DNA of 64,000 nt from an uncultured Chloroflexia bacterium (GTDB lineage: Bacteria > Chloroflexota > Limnocylindria > QHBO01), in contig CAWCXQ010000007.1 of NCBI GenBank assembly GCA_963799675.1, forward strand, positions 25,130 through 89,129. Reading direction: 5' to 3'. Shown here in pieces: positions 20,965 through 31,770 of the stretch. The translations under genes and the position numbers were made by a program. How positions within the stretch are numbered: position 1 is the first letter of the stretch; every line of letters begins with the position of its first letter. The notes below the pieces were generated by a model. It saw only the letters and a list, made by a program, of their open reading frames with translations, had not been told where the DNA came from and did not search any database.

Positions 20965-22246
20965 TCAGTCCGCGAAGAGCTTCTGGCGTGGCGCCGATCG
21001 GCTGCGGTCAGCGCCTCGACGTCGTCGAGGTCGTTGTAGACGTAGAAGCTGGCGCGCGTGGTGGCCGGGATGTCGTAGCGGAGCATCACCGGCTGCGCGC
21101 AGTGGTGGCCGGCGCGGACGGCGACCCCCTCGCTGTCGAAGATGGTGGCCACGTCGTGCGGATGGGCCTCGTCGAGCACGAAGCTGATCACGCCGGCGTG
21201 GATCGCCGGGATCGGCCGGGCCAAGAGGCGGACGCCGCGGGATCGCGTCGAGCGCGGCCCAGGCGTGCTCGAACAGGTAGCGCTCGTGCTCGCGCACGTT
21301 CGTCCATGCCGAGCGCGGTCAGGTAGTCGATCGCGGCGCCGAGGCCGATCGCCTCGACGATCGCCGGCGTTCCCGCCTCGAACTTGGCGGGGACCTCGTT
21401 CCACGTCGGCGCCGCTCCATCGTGACCCGGATGATCATGCTGCCGCCGGTCATGAAGGGCGGCATGGCGTCGAGCAGCGCGCGCCGTGCCCCACAGGGCC
21501 CCGATCCCGGAGGGGCCGAGCATCTTGTGGCCGGAGAAGGCGACAGGAAGTCGCAGCCGAGCGCGGCCACGTCGATCGGCATGTGCGGCACGCCTGCGCG
21601 GCGTCGACCAGGACCAGGGCGCCGGCGTCGTGGGCCATGGCGATGATCTCGGCGAGCGGGTTGATGGTGCCGAGCGCATTGCGACCGCGGCGATGGCCAG
21701 CAGCTTCGGCCCGTGCGCCAGCGAGCCGCGCGCAGGTCGTGCCATGTCGAGGCGGCCGTCGTCGGTGATGGCGACGTAGTCGAGGGTGGCGCCCGGTCTC
21801 GCGGGCCAGCTGCTGCCAGGGCACGATGTTGGCGTGGTGCTCCATCTGGGTCGTCACCATCCGGTCCGCCGGCTTGATGTTCGTGCGGCCCCAGCGTGAA
21901 GGCGACCAGGTTGATCGCCTCGGTGGCGTTGCGCACGAAGACGATCTCGCGGCCGGCTGGTCGCGCCGATGAAGGCCGGCCACCTGCTCGCGCGCACGCC
22001 TCGTAGCGCGGCGGTGGCGTCCTCCGACAGCTCGTAGATGCCGCGGTGGACGTTGCGCGTAGTGGTGGCCGTAGGCGTCGGCGATCGCGTCGATCACCGC
22101 GCGCGGCTTCTGGGACGAGGCGGCCGCAGTCCAGGAAGACGAGCGGCTTGCCGCTGCGCGTCAGCCGGTCGAAGACCGGCGAAATCGGCGCGCAGCGCGG
22201 TGCCGTCGAGGGCCGAGGAGGCTGCGTGGGGAGAACGGCTCGCCAT
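20965..22246 (-). CDS. sufS: SufS-type cysteine desulfurase, many indels
   Basis: [53 protein letters not shown]. Confidence 0.9.
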
Positions 22247-22279
22247 CGGTCTAAGGTCTAGACGTGCTGCATGACCGGC

Positions 22280-23122
22280 TCAGGCGACTTCGTCACCCGC
22301 GGTCGGCGAGCGCAGGCCGACCTGCTCGCGCACCCAGTCGTAGCCGTTCGCCTCGAGCTGATGGCTGAGCTCATCGCCGCCCGACATGACGATCCGGCCG
22401 TCGAGCAGGACATGGACGAACTGCGGCTTCACGTAGTTCAGCATGCGCTGGTAGTGGGTGATCATCAGGACGCCCATCTCCGGCGTGAGGGTCGCGTTGA
22501 TCCCCTCGGCAACGGTCCGCAACGCATCGATGTCGAGCCCCGAGTCGGTCTCGTCGAGGATCGCCATGGTGGGGTTGAGGATCGCCATCTGGAGCATCTC
22601 GAGGCGCTTCTTCTCGCCGCCGGAGAATCCGTCGTTCACGTAGCGGCGGCGAAGGCGGGGTCGATGTGCAGCAGCGCCATCTTCTCCTCCATCAGCTTGC
22701 GGAACTTCGCGAGCGGGATGCCGGTGTACTTCGGCACCTGCCCGGTCTCGCGGGCGCGGCTGCTTCGGGTGATGCACCGCGTTGTAGATGTTTCGCAGGA
22801 AGCTCGCGACCGTCACGCCCGGGATGGAGCTCGGGTACTGGAAGGCGAGGAAGAGGCCCAGCCGCGCGCGCTTGTCGGGCGACATGCCCGGCTTGTCGGG
22901 CGACGCGCCCAGCAGGCTCTCCCCCTTCCACGTGATCGTCCCGGCGTCGACGTGGTAGTCGGGATGGCCCATCAGCGTGTAGGCCAGGCTCGTCTTGCCG
23001 GAGCCGTTCGGACCCATCAGGGCATGCACCTCGCCCTGCTTCACGGTCAGGTCGAGCCCATGGAGGATCTTCTTCTGCCCGATGCTGACCTCCAGGCCGC
23101 GGATCTCGAGTGCGTCTGTCAT
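22280..23122 (-). CDS. sufC: Fe-S assembly ABC ATPase SufC (compensating indels inside)
   Basis: GPNGSGKTS, FLAFQYP, NDGFSGGEKKR, LDETDSGLD, ITHY. Confidence 0.93.
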   Translation of the reverse strand: MTDALEIRGLEVSIGQKKILHGLDLTVKQGEVHALMGPNGSGKTSLAYTLMGHPDYHVDAGTITWKGESLLGASPDKPGMSPDKRARLGLFLAFQYPSSIPGVTVASFLRNIYNAVHHPKQPRPRDRAGAEVHRHPAREVPQADGGEDGAAAHRPRLRRRYVNDGFSGGEKKRLEMLQMAILNPTMAILDETDSGLDIDALRTVAEGINATLTPEMGVLMITHYQRMLNYVKPQFVHVLLDGRIVMSGGDELSHQLEANGYDWVREQVGLRSPTAGDEVA

Positions 23123-23139
23123 GGGGTGCTTGTCTGCTC

Positions 23140-23671
23140 CTAGGCTTGCCTGGGCTGGGCCGATCGCGGCCGATGGCTGGCCGATGCCGCTCTGCGGACG
23201 ATCGCCGCGTGCTGGGCCACGCGCCGCTTGCGAACGGCCGGAGGGTAGGGCGGGCCACCCGCGCTGGCAGCCACCTCGGCCAGCGTCGTGCCGCCGAGGG
23301 TCCCGCTCAGCGATTCGAAGACGCGCTGGAAGACCTCGTGCACGCTGCACGTCCTGGGGCCGATCGCAGGCCTCGAGGTTGTCGGCACCCGCGCACGGCA
23401 TCTCCAGGAGCGGGCCTTCCAGCGCGCGGACCGCCTCGACCATCGGCTGATCTGTCCGGCGGTCGCGGGCAAGCCGATAGCCGCCGGCGTGGCCGCGCGT
23501 GGCGGTGACGATGCCGGCACGCCGCAGGTCGCCGACGAGCTGCTCGAGGTAGGCATGCGGCAGCTTCTCGGCCTTCGCGATCCCGGCCAGCGAGAGTGGG
23601 CCGCTCCCCGCTTCGCGAGCCAGGGTGACGAGGACGCGGATCCCGTATTCGGTGCGCGTGCTGATCTTCAT
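23140..23671 (-). CDS. Rrf2 family regulator with IscR-like Cys3-His ligand set, indels
   Basis: MKISTRTEYG, YLEQL, RGHAGGY, then C-x8-C-x5-C-SV-H after frame repair. Confidence 0.88.
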
Positions 23672-23999
23672 AGCTCGACCGCATCTCGTCGCCGTCGACG
23701 CGGGCCGGATAGGCACGCACCGGGCGGACCGGCGGCAGCGCGAGCACCCGTCCGCTGAACAGATCGAAGCGGCCGCCGTGGCGTGGGCATTCGACGCCGT
23801 TGCCGTCGAGCTCGCCCTCGCCCAGGACGCCGCCGTCGTGGGTGCAGACGTTGTCGATCGCGCCCCACGCCCCGTCCTCGGTTAGGCCGATGCAGAGCGA
23901 TCGGCCATCCACCTCGACGACGCGCACTGTTCCGGGCGCGACCTCCGACGTGTGTGCGACGGTCACGAATCCTGTCTCGGCCACGCGCTCGATCGCCAT
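23668..23999 (-). CDS. Rieske [2Fe-2S] ferredoxin
   Basis: CTHDGG and CPRHGGRFD; TGATG/ATGA overlaps with neighbours. Confidence 0.9.
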
Positions 24000-25265
24000 C
24001 AGGCGGCCTCGTCGGCGAGCAGCTCCGACGAGCCGATTCGGGCAACCAGCGCTTCGAGGACCCGCTCGCGGATGGTCTCGTCCTCGATCTTGGAGACGAC
24101 CTGCTCGAAGAAGCCGCGCACGATCATGCGCTCGGCGTCGTCCGGATCGAGGCCCCGGCTCTGGGCGTAGAACATCATCACCGGGTCGATCGCGCCCGCC
24201 GTCGCGCCGTGGCCGCAGCGCATGATGTCGTTGTTCATGATCTCGAGCACCGGGATCGGGGACGCGCCGGCCTCGGTCGAGAGGAGCAGGTTGCGGCACT
24301 CCTGGTAGGAGCTGGTTGCTCGCGCCTCGGGCTGGATCTTGATGACCCCGTAGAAGCTCGCCTTGGCCCGGTCGTAGAGCGCGGACAGGTAGAGCAGGTC
24401 GGAGGTGGTGTGCGAGGCGGAGAGGTTCTGGCAGGCTGTTGATGTCGATCTGCTGGTCCTCGCCCGCGGCCAGCGATGCCCAGCAGCCGCGAGGTGCCGC
24501 CCTTGCCTGCCATCTGCACGTCGAGCCCGACCTTCGTGACCCGGACCCGACCTCGGCGTTGAGCGTCGTCACGTTGGCGTCCTGCCCGACCACCACCCGC
24601 TGCGCCCCGATGTTCCACGTCGCCGTCACCCAGGCGCTGAAGGTTCGCGTAGCGCACCCGCGCGCCGTCGAGGGCGTGGATCTCGACGATGCCGCCGAAC
24701 CAGCCCGCCGCGCCGTCGGGCGAGACGACCTCCTCGAGCAGCGTGACGCTGCTGTCGCTGCTCGGCGACGACCAGGCGTGAGCGGGTAGTAGGCGACATC
24801 GGCCCGATCGATCGCGCTGCGGGCGACGAGCGTGCGATCGATCTCGACCCCGGCCGGCACGTACAGGAAGAGTGCCGCCGGTCCACGCCGCCTGCGCCAG
24901 CGGCCCAGAAGTGCGGCGTGCGACTCGAGCGAGCCCTCCCCGCCGAGATGGCGGCGAACCAGCTCCGGGTGCTCGCTCAGCGCGGTGCGAATGTCGCTGA
25001 AGATCACGCCCGGCCGCGGCGACTCGTCCTCGAGGGCGTAATGGACGCCGGCGGCGGGTCGAGCAGCAGCTCGAGCGTCGCGCGGCAGGTCGTCGAGCGA
25101 CGTGCGGCGCCACTCCTCCTCGGCGCCGGTGGGCCACGGCGTCGGCCTCGACGCGCTCCCACCAATCGGCGCGCAGGGCCCGCAGCCAGTCCGGCTCGTC
25201 GTGCCGACGCGAGATGCGCTCGATCGCGGTCGGCGTCGAGCGCCGCGACGGCGCCTGCAGGACAT
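23999..25265 (-). CDS. sufD: Fe-S assembly protein SufD, many indels
   Basis: EEEWRRT, QECRNLLLS, LEIMNNDIMRCGHGATAG, MIVRGFF. Confidence 0.85.
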
Positions 25266-25269
25266 CGGC

Positions 25270-26695
25270 CTAGCCGACCGCGCCTTCCATCTGGAGCTGG
25301 ATGAGGCGGTTCATCTCGACCGCGTACTCCATCGGCAGCTCCTTGACGATCGGCTCGATGAAGCCGTTCACGATCATGGCGCTCGCCTCGGCCTCGTTCA
25401 TGCCGCGGCTCATCAGGTAGAAGAGCTGCTCCGAGCCGACCTTCGAGACGGTCGCCTCATGCCCGATGGTGACGTCCTCCTCGTCGATCTCCATGTACGG
25501 GTACGTGTCGGAGCGCGCCTCGTCGGACGAGGATCAGCGCGTCGCAGCGCACCGTCGACTTCGACTGCCGTGGCAGCCGGGATAGACCTTGATCAGGCCG
25601 CGGTACGAGGTGCGGCCGGTGCCCTGGCTGATCGACTTGCGAGGTGATCAGGCTGGTCGTGTTCGGCGCGGCGTGGATCACCTTGCCGCCGGCGTCCTGG
25701 TGCTGGTCGCTGCCGGCGAAGGCGATGCTCAGCACCTCGCCGTGCGCCCGCTCGCCGAGCAGGTAGATGGAGGGGTACTTCATCGTCAGCTTCGAGCCGA
25801 GGTTGCCGTCGACCCACTCCATCACCGCGTCCTCGTAGGCCACGGCGCGCTTGGTGACGAGGTTGTAGACGTTGTGGCTCCAGTTCTGGATCGTCGTGTA
25901 GCGCACGCGCGCGCCCTTCTTGACGATGATCTCGACGACCGCGCTGTGGAGGCTGGCGGTCGTGTACGCCGGGGCGGTGCAGCCCTCGACGTAGTGAACG
26001 CTCGAGCCCTCGTCGGCGATGATCAGCGTCCGCTCGAACTGGCCCATGTTCTCGGTGTTGATCCGGAAGTAGGCCTGCAGCGGCAGCTCGACGTGGACGC
26101 CCTTGCGGGACGTAGATGAAGCTGCCGCCGCTCCACACCGCGGTGTTCAGGGCGGCGAGCTTGTTGTCGTTGGCCGGGATGACCGTGCCGAAGTACTCGC
26201 TTGAAGATCTCGGGGTACTTGATCAGCGCCTCGTCGGTCCCCAGGAAGATGACGCCCAGCTTCTCGAGGTCGCTCGCGGATGTTGTGGTAGACGACCTCG
26301 GAGTCGTACTGCGCCGCCGACGCCGGCGAGGTACTTCTTCTCCGCCTCGGGGATGCCCAGCCTGTCGTAGGTGCGCCGGATGTAGTCCGGCACGTCGTCC
26401 CAGGACTGGACCGCCTTGTCGGTGGCGGTGACGTAGTAGAAGATGTCCTGGAAGTCGATCTGGCTCGATAGTCGCCGCCCCAGGTCGGCATCGGGCGCGC
26501 CTCGAAGTGGCGATACGCCTTCAGGCGCAGGTCGGTCATCCACTGCGGCTCGCCCTTGATCCGGCTGATCTCCTCGACGACCTCGCGCGAGAGCCCCTTC
26601 TTCATGACGTGAAGGGGCTTCATCTCGGGGTCGTGCCAGCCGTACTTGTAGCTGGCGGGGACCTGGTCAGGGCCGGGTTGGGAAGGGCCATGCAT
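25270..26695 (-). CDS. sufB: Fe-S assembly protein SufB, many indels
   Basis: [58 protein letters not shown]. Confidence 0.93.
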
Positions 26696-26719
26696 TCCTC
26701 GCTGGGTGAGTTCCGCGCG

Positions 26720-26744
26720 AATCCCGACTGAAATGGTCGGTGTT
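26720..26744. promoter_or_regulatory. Rrf2/IscR-type operator upstream of sufB
   Basis: AATCCCGACTGAAATGGTCGGTGTT with CCGAC-N7-GTCGG dyad, just downstream of the promoter. Confidence 0.65.
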
Positions 26745-26752
26745 GAGCCCTC

Positions 26753-26781
26753 ATTGTGCTCGATCCCCCTCGAACCGTCAA
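26753..26781 (-). promoter_or_regulatory. Sigma70-type promoter of the suf operon
   Basis: TTGACG-N17-CACAAT on the minus strand. Confidence 0.65.
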
Positions 26782-26815
26782 TCGCCCGCGAGCCACTCGA
26801 ACGATGCAGAACGAC

Positions 26816-27970
26816 TCACCCGCCCGCCGCTGCCGTGAGGCTGGCGAGAGCGTCAAGCCCGGGCTCGCGCTCGACGAACGCGCGGGCCGCCTCGACCGGC
26901 ACGGCTGCGTTGATCACGGCGAGCTGAGCGACGACACCGTTCCGCAGATAGGCCACCAGCCGGCCGTCGTGGCGCACGACGAGCTCGTCAGCCGTCGGCG
27001 CCCAGCCGACGACGTCGAGCTGCTGCCCGGCGAACTCGGAGAAGACCCACGGCGCACGCGCCGCGGGCGGATCGAGCCCCAGCATGCCGAGGGCTGCCGC
27101 CTCGCCGCCCTCGCGCGCCGCGTGCCAGTGCTCGACCCGGCGTCCCGAGAAGCGTGCGACGTCCCCCGCGGCGAACGTGCCCGCGGCGCTTGTCTCGCGC
27201 CGTTCGTCCACCACGATCCCGTCGTCGACCTCCAGCTCCCCCGCAAGCTCGATGCGTGGCGAGACCCCGACCCCGGCGACCAGGAGATCGGCCGGAAGTC
27301 GCTCGTTGGCCACCCACGCCGCGTCTGCCTCGAGGCGGGTGGCCCCGGTCTCCAGGCGGACCGATACGCCTCGCTCCTGCAGGACCTCCGCCGCCCAGGC
27401 CGAGACGGCCGGCCCCAGCGCACCGCCCCACAGGGCCGCGGCAAACTCGAGCATGGTGACCCGCATGCCGACCGCTGCCAGCGAGGCTGCCACCTCGACC
27501 CCGATGAAGCCGCCGCCGATCACGACCGCCCGCCCGCCCGTCAGGGCGCGCGCCTGGATCGCCTGCGCGTCGAGGACCGTCCGCAGCAGCATGGCCTGCT
27601 CCGCTCCGGGCAGCGGTGGGACGCGGGGCGACGCTCCGGTCGCAATGAGGCATTTGCCGAAGCGCACGAGCGTGCCGTCCGCCAGCGACGCCCGCGAGCG
27701 CGTCGCATCCAGCTCGGTCACCGCCATCTCAAGCGACAGCTCGATCCGCTGCCGCACGTACCACTCGGGCTGCTCCGCCCAGGTCAGCTCGACCGGCGCC
27801 TCCCCGCGGAGCAGCTCCTTAGAGAGTGGCGGCCGGTTGTAGGGGATCGAGACTTCTTCGCCAACCATGAGCACGGAGCCCGTGAAGCCGCGCCGGCGGA
27901 GCGTGCGCGCGCATCGCACCGAGGCCACGCCGCCGCCGATCAGCAGAACGTCGACATCCCGCGTCGGCAT
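26816..27970 (-). CDS. FAD-dependent ferredoxin reductase-like oxidoreductase
   Basis: IGGGVAS, YNRPPLSK, LIATGA, IGGGFIGVE, FAAGDVA, RVEHW. Confidence 0.88.
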   Translation of the reverse strand: MPTRDVDVLLIGGGVASVRCARTLRRRGFTGSVLMVGEEVSIPYNRPPLSKELLRGEAPVELTWAEQPEWYVRQRIELSLEMAVTELDATRSRASLADGTLVRFGKCLIATGASPRVPPLPGAEQAMLLRTVLDAQAIQARALTGGRAVVIGGGFIGVEVAASLAAVGMRVTMLEFAAALWGGALGPAVSAWAAEVLQERGVSVRLETGATRLEADAAWVANERLPADLLVAGVGVSPRIELAGELEVDDGIVVDERRETSAAGTFAAGDVARFSGRRVEHWHAAREGGEAAALGMLGLDPPAARAPWVFSEFAGQQLDVVGWAPTADELVVRHDGRLVAYLRNGVVAQLAVINAAVPVEAARAFVEREPGLDALASLTAAAGG

Positions 27971-27976
27971 CGGTCC

Positions 27977-29185
27977 TCAGGCGGCCTCGGCGCGCAGCAT
28001 TCCCGGGGTGAGCTGCTCGCACAGCAGCCGCCCGACGCCCTCGGTCTGCCCGATCGCCTGCAGCCAGGATCCGACCAGCCGCGGAGCATAGGCCCGCGAG
28101 AACGGGTCGACCCGCAGAAGGGGATGAGCGAGGCGCTCCATCACCCGATCGACTTCGCGATCGGTCAGCAGGCCCATCTCGGCCAGGTACCCGCGCGCCT
28201 CGGAAGCGGGCAGGCCGTCCTGGTGGAGGAGAAGCGCGGCGTTCGATGCCGCCGGCGCCAGGAGCCTCCGCGCGCGACCTACCTCCAGGTCGCGCTCGAC
28301 GTCGACGTGGAGCCCGAGCTTTCGTCCGATGCGGCGCAGCTCGGCACTGAGCTCGTAATCGCCAAGCACTGCCTGGCGGCCGACGGCGCCCAGCCCATCG
28401 GCGAGCGCGGTGTCGGGGCTCACCGCACACAAGGCCGATACCTCCCAGCGGTCGCCCTCCTCCGCGACAGCCTGCTGACGACTCACCCGCTGCGCGTGAC
28501 GGCCGGGATAGGTCTCCGCGGCGATCGAGCGCAGGAGCGTGTCGAGCGGCCAGTCGATGGCCAGGTTCAGCTCCAGCCGCGTCTCACGGGGACCAGCCGC
28601 GGCCAACCGCGTATCCCACGCTCCACCGCCGATCTCCCATGGCTCGAGGATCAGCAGCTCGCCGCGCGGCAGAGAGAAATCCTCCGCGCAGCGGTCGCGG
28701 AGGAGCGCGATCAGCTGGTGCGCCACGGCGGCAACCTGCTCCGAGGGGACGACGGTCGCGCGGCGATGTTCTGCGAGGCGTGCGCGGAGCGACGGCCCTG
28801 GCGGGAGCGCCGCGTCGAGGAGCCGGTGCGTGGCGCTGAGTGAGGCCTCCGGCTCCTGCTCGGCGGGGATGTCGAGGAGCTGCTCGACGAGCTCCGGCAG
28901 CGCGATCTCGTCGCCGGCGATCGTCCGCGCGGCTGCGCTCAGCGCGGTCAGCTGGGCCGCCAGCCAGGTGCCGCGCACGGCGTCGGAGGCGGAGCCGGCC
29001 CCCTGATCCGCGGCCAGCTCGTGCAATCGCAGGGCCTCGTCGTGGAGCTCCGGGGGAGAGGCCGGCGGCTCGCCGGCGACCACCTCCGCGAGCTCGGCCG
29101 GTCCGAGGTACGCATCCAGCAGACCGCGCTGCAGGCGACCCAGCCGTAGGGCGAGCAGCAGGTAGCGTCGGGCGATGTCGTCCAT
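27977..29185 (-). CDS. Hypothetical protein, DUF885-like with degenerate metal motif
   Basis: RRYLLLALRLGR..LDAYLGP N-terminus; AAETYPGRH in place of recalled HEgYPGHH; family assignment from memory only. Confidence 0.55.
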   Translation of the reverse strand: MDDIARRYLLLALRLGRLQRGLLDAYLGPAELAEVVAGEPPASPPELHDEALRLHELAADQGAGSASDAVRGTWLAAQLTALSAAARTIAGDEIALPELVEQLLDIPAEQEPEASLSATHRLLDAALPPGPSLRARLAEHRRATVVPSEQVAAVAHQLIALLRDRCAEDFSLPRGELLILEPWEIGGGAWDTRLAAAGPRETRLELNLAIDWPLDTLLRSIAAETYPGRHAQRVSRQQAVAEEGDRWEVSALCAVSPDTALADGLGAVGRQAVLGDYELSAELRRIGRKLGLHVDVERDLEVGRARRLLAPAASNAALLLHQDGLPASEARGYLAEMGLLTDREVDRVMERLAHPLLRVDPFSRAYAPRLVGSWLQAIGQTEGVGRLLCEQLTPGMLRAEAA

Positions 29186-29229
29186 GCGGAGCGCATGCTA
29201 CGCGCCGCACGGCGTCATACACTCCGCCG

Positions 29230-30078
29230 ATGGAGTCGATCCGCATCGCGACCGAGGCCGACCTTCCGACGATCGCTGCGCTGCGCCAATCGGCCGGCTG
29301 GAACGTCTACCGCTGGGCGCTGCTCGACGCGATGCGCGCGCCACATGCCCGGATCTACCTCGCCGAAGTGGCCGGCGAGGCGGTCGGAATCGGTTCGGGA
29401 ATCGCGTACGGCCGGCTCGGGGTGGTCGGCAACATGGTCGTTTCCGCGGCGCATCGGGGCCACGGCATTGGGCGAAGAATCCTGGAGTCGGTGATCGCGT
29501 TCCTCGAGGGGCGCGACTGCACCCAGCTGGAGCTGTACGCAACCCCCGATGGCCGACGCCTGTATGAGCACTACGGCTTCGAGCTCACCGGGCGGAGCGT
29601 CGCCGCCAGCATTCCGCGCACGATCGCGGGCGGGCTGCCCGCTGACGGCGTCGCCGTCGACGAGGGCCAGAAGGGCGACCTCGGCGAGCTCGCCGCATAC
29701 GACGCGCCGCGCTTCGGCGGGGACCGCTCGCCGATCCTTGCCGCGGCCCTCGCAGATCGCGACCGACCGGTGCTGATCGCGAGGGGCGACGGCGCGATGG
29801 CGGGATACGCCGTGCTCCGACCGGACGGGACGAGGCTCGGCCCCTTCCTCGCCGACGAGCCCGCCGTGGCCGGTGCGCTGCTCGCCTCGGCCGTACGCCT
29901 CGCTCCACAGGTCGAGGCGATGGGTGCGCAGCTGCCGGGCGAGAACGTGGCGGGGATCGGCTGGCTGAAAGGGCTCGGGGCGACCCTCGAACCGTGGGAC
30001 GGGGGCATGCGCCGCGGGTCCGGCATCCATCGGCGCCACGAGACGATCTACGGCAGTGCGATCGGCGCGCTTGGCTGA
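29230..30078 (+). CDS. Tandem GNAT acetyltransferase
   Basis: VSAAHRGHGIG, YATPDGRRLYEHYGF, YDAPRFGGDR, LGPFLA. Confidence 0.85.
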   Translation: MESIRIATEADLPTIAALRQSAGWNVYRWALLDAMRAPHARIYLAEVAGEAVGIGSGIAYGRLGVVGNMVVSAAHRGHGIGRRILESVIAFLEGRDCTQLELYATPDGRRLYEHYGFELTGRSVAASIPRTIAGGLPADGVAVDEGQKGDLGELAAYDAPRFGGDRSPILAAALADRDRPVLIARGDGAMAGYAVLRPDGTRLGPFLADEPAVAGALLASAVRLAPQVEAMGAQLPGENVAGIGWLKGLGATLEPWDGGMRRGSGIHRRHETIYGSAIGALG

Positions 30079-31015
30079 GCCGAACCCCGAAGCGATCGGC
30101 GATCGACTAAGCGGCACTGTGCTGCGCGCGCGAAGCAGCTTCTACTCCGTCGAGACTCCCCGGGGCGTGATCGAGTGCCGCCTGCGCGGCCGCATGAGGA
30201 AGGAGCGGCAGGCCAGTGACCTGGCCGTCATTGGCGATCGCGTCTCGCTCACGCCGCTGCCGGATGGCACGGGCATCATCGAGGCGGTCGAGCCACGCGC
30301 GAGCAAGTTCAGCCGGCGCCAGCCGGGGCCGCGCGGCACCTGGCGCGAGGATGTGCTGGTTGCCAATCTCGACCAGGTTCTGATCGTCTTCTCGTGCGCG
30401 GACCCAGCGCCGAACCCACGCCTGATCGACCGATTCCTGGTGGTCGCGGAGCAGAACGAGATCGACGCGGTGCTGATCGCGAACAAGGTCGAGCTTGTCG
30501 GCGAAGCGGCCGCTGGATCGGTCTTCGGCCTGTACGACGATCTCAGCTATCCGGTCATCTACACGTCGGCCAAGACGGGCCAGGGCGTCGAGGAGATGCG
30601 GGCGAGCCTGGCTGGACGGATCAGCGTGATCACGGGGCCGTCGGGAGTCGGCAAGTCGTCGCTCCTCAACCGGCTGCAGCCGGGGCTGCGGATCGTCACG
30701 GCAGAGGTCAGCGAAACGCTGCGCAAGGGACGCCATACGACCACGTCGGCGGAGCTGCACGCCGTCGAGGGGCCGAGGCGCGGACACGTCGCCGATACGC
30801 CCGGCCTCCGCGAGCTCGGGCTCTTCGAGGTGCCGGCTTCGGAGCTGGCCTGGTGCTTCCGGGAGATGCGGCCCTTCCTGGGCAGCTGCGCGTTCAACGA
30901 CTGCAGCCACCTGCACGAGCCGCGCTGCGCGGTGCGGGCCGCGGTCGAGCTCGGCGACGTGCCTCCGCAGCGCTACGAGAGCTACCGCCGCCTGCGCACC
31001 GAGGAGGCTCGCTAG
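30056..31015 (+). CDS. rsgA: Ribosome small subunit-dependent GTPase A
   Basis: GDRV, NKVEL, GPSGVGKSS, GRHTTT, DTPG, CAFNDCSHLHEPRC. Confidence 0.95.
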   Translation: MRSARLAEPNPEAIGDRLSGTVLRARSSFYSVETPRGVIECRLRGRMRKERQASDLAVIGDRVSLTPLPDGTGIIEAVEPRASKFSRRQPGPRGTWREDVLVANLDQVLIVFSCADPAPNPRLIDRFLVVAEQNEIDAVLIANKVELVGEAAAGSVFGLYDDLSYPVIYTSAKTGQGVEEMRASLAGRISVITGPSGVGKSSLLNRLQPGLRIVTAEVSETLRKGRHTTTSAELHAVEGPRRGHVADTPGLRELGLFEVPASELAWCFREMRPFLGSCAFNDCSHLHEPRCAVRAAVELGDVPPQRYESYRRLRTEEAR

Positions 31016-31034
31016 CCGCCGTATCATCCGGAGC

Positions 31035-31700
31035 GTGGAGATCAGCCCCGCTGTCCACGCCGTCAAGATGCTGGGCGCCGACGCCTTCGTCCTCGCCGAG
31101 GAACGGCTCACGCTGATCGATGCCGGCATGGTCGGATCGCGGCGACGGATCGTGCGCTACCTCGAGCGCATCGGCCGCTCCCTGGATGAGCTCGACCACA
31201 TCGTGTGCACGCACGGCCATCCGGACCATATCGGGGGCGTTGCCGAGCTCTCCGGCGACGGGGTCGAAGTGATGATGCATCCAGCGGATCTCGAGGGGCT
31301 GCGCCTGGGGATCCGGGAAGTGGTGGCGAGCCGGAGTCGCGGACACCTGATCCAGTACCTGACGCGTCCTCCGACTCACGCGACGCCCCTGCTCGACGGC
31401 CAGGTCCTGCCGATGCTTGGTGGGCTGGAGGTGGTGCACACCCCGGGCCACACGCCGGGGAGCGTCTGCCTGTATGCAGCTCGCGACCGCATCCTGTTCA
31501 GCGGCGACGTTCTCCAGGTGATCCGCGGACGCCTGACCTTCGCCAGCCCGCTCTTCAGCCACGACATGGCGGAGGCGCGCGCCTCGGTCGAGCGGCTCGC
31601 GGAGCTTGACGTCGACACGATCGCCTTCTCTCACTATCCGCCCTGGCGCCGCGATCCGAGCGGGGCGCTCCGCGAGCTCGTGGCAGAGGCCACTGGCTAG
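31035..31700 (+). CDS. MBL-fold metallohydrolase
   Basis: IDAG, THGHPDH, TPGHTPG, FSGD, FSH. Confidence 0.88.
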   Translation: MEISPAVHAVKMLGADAFVLAEERLTLIDAGMVGSRRRIVRYLERIGRSLDELDHIVCTHGHPDHIGGVAELSGDGVEVMMHPADLEGLRLGIREVVASRSRGHLIQYLTRPPTHATPLLDGQVLPMLGGLEVVHTPGHTPGSVCLYAARDRILFSGDVLQVIRGRLTFASPLFSHDMAEARASVERLAELDVDTIAFSHYPPWRRDPSGALRELVAEATG

Positions 31701-31770
31701 CGAGCAACCGCAGTGGCGCCGCAGGGCGGCGTGGTCACCATTGCCCTCGACCCGAGCCGAGGTAGCCTAA

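Noticed and set aside
22280-23716. Apparent Rrf2-SufC fusion, and similarly MoeB-CysO (19139-19789) and SufD-Rieske (23307-25265) fusions
   Set aside because: Created by indels; separate starts and stops with typical overlaps are visible.
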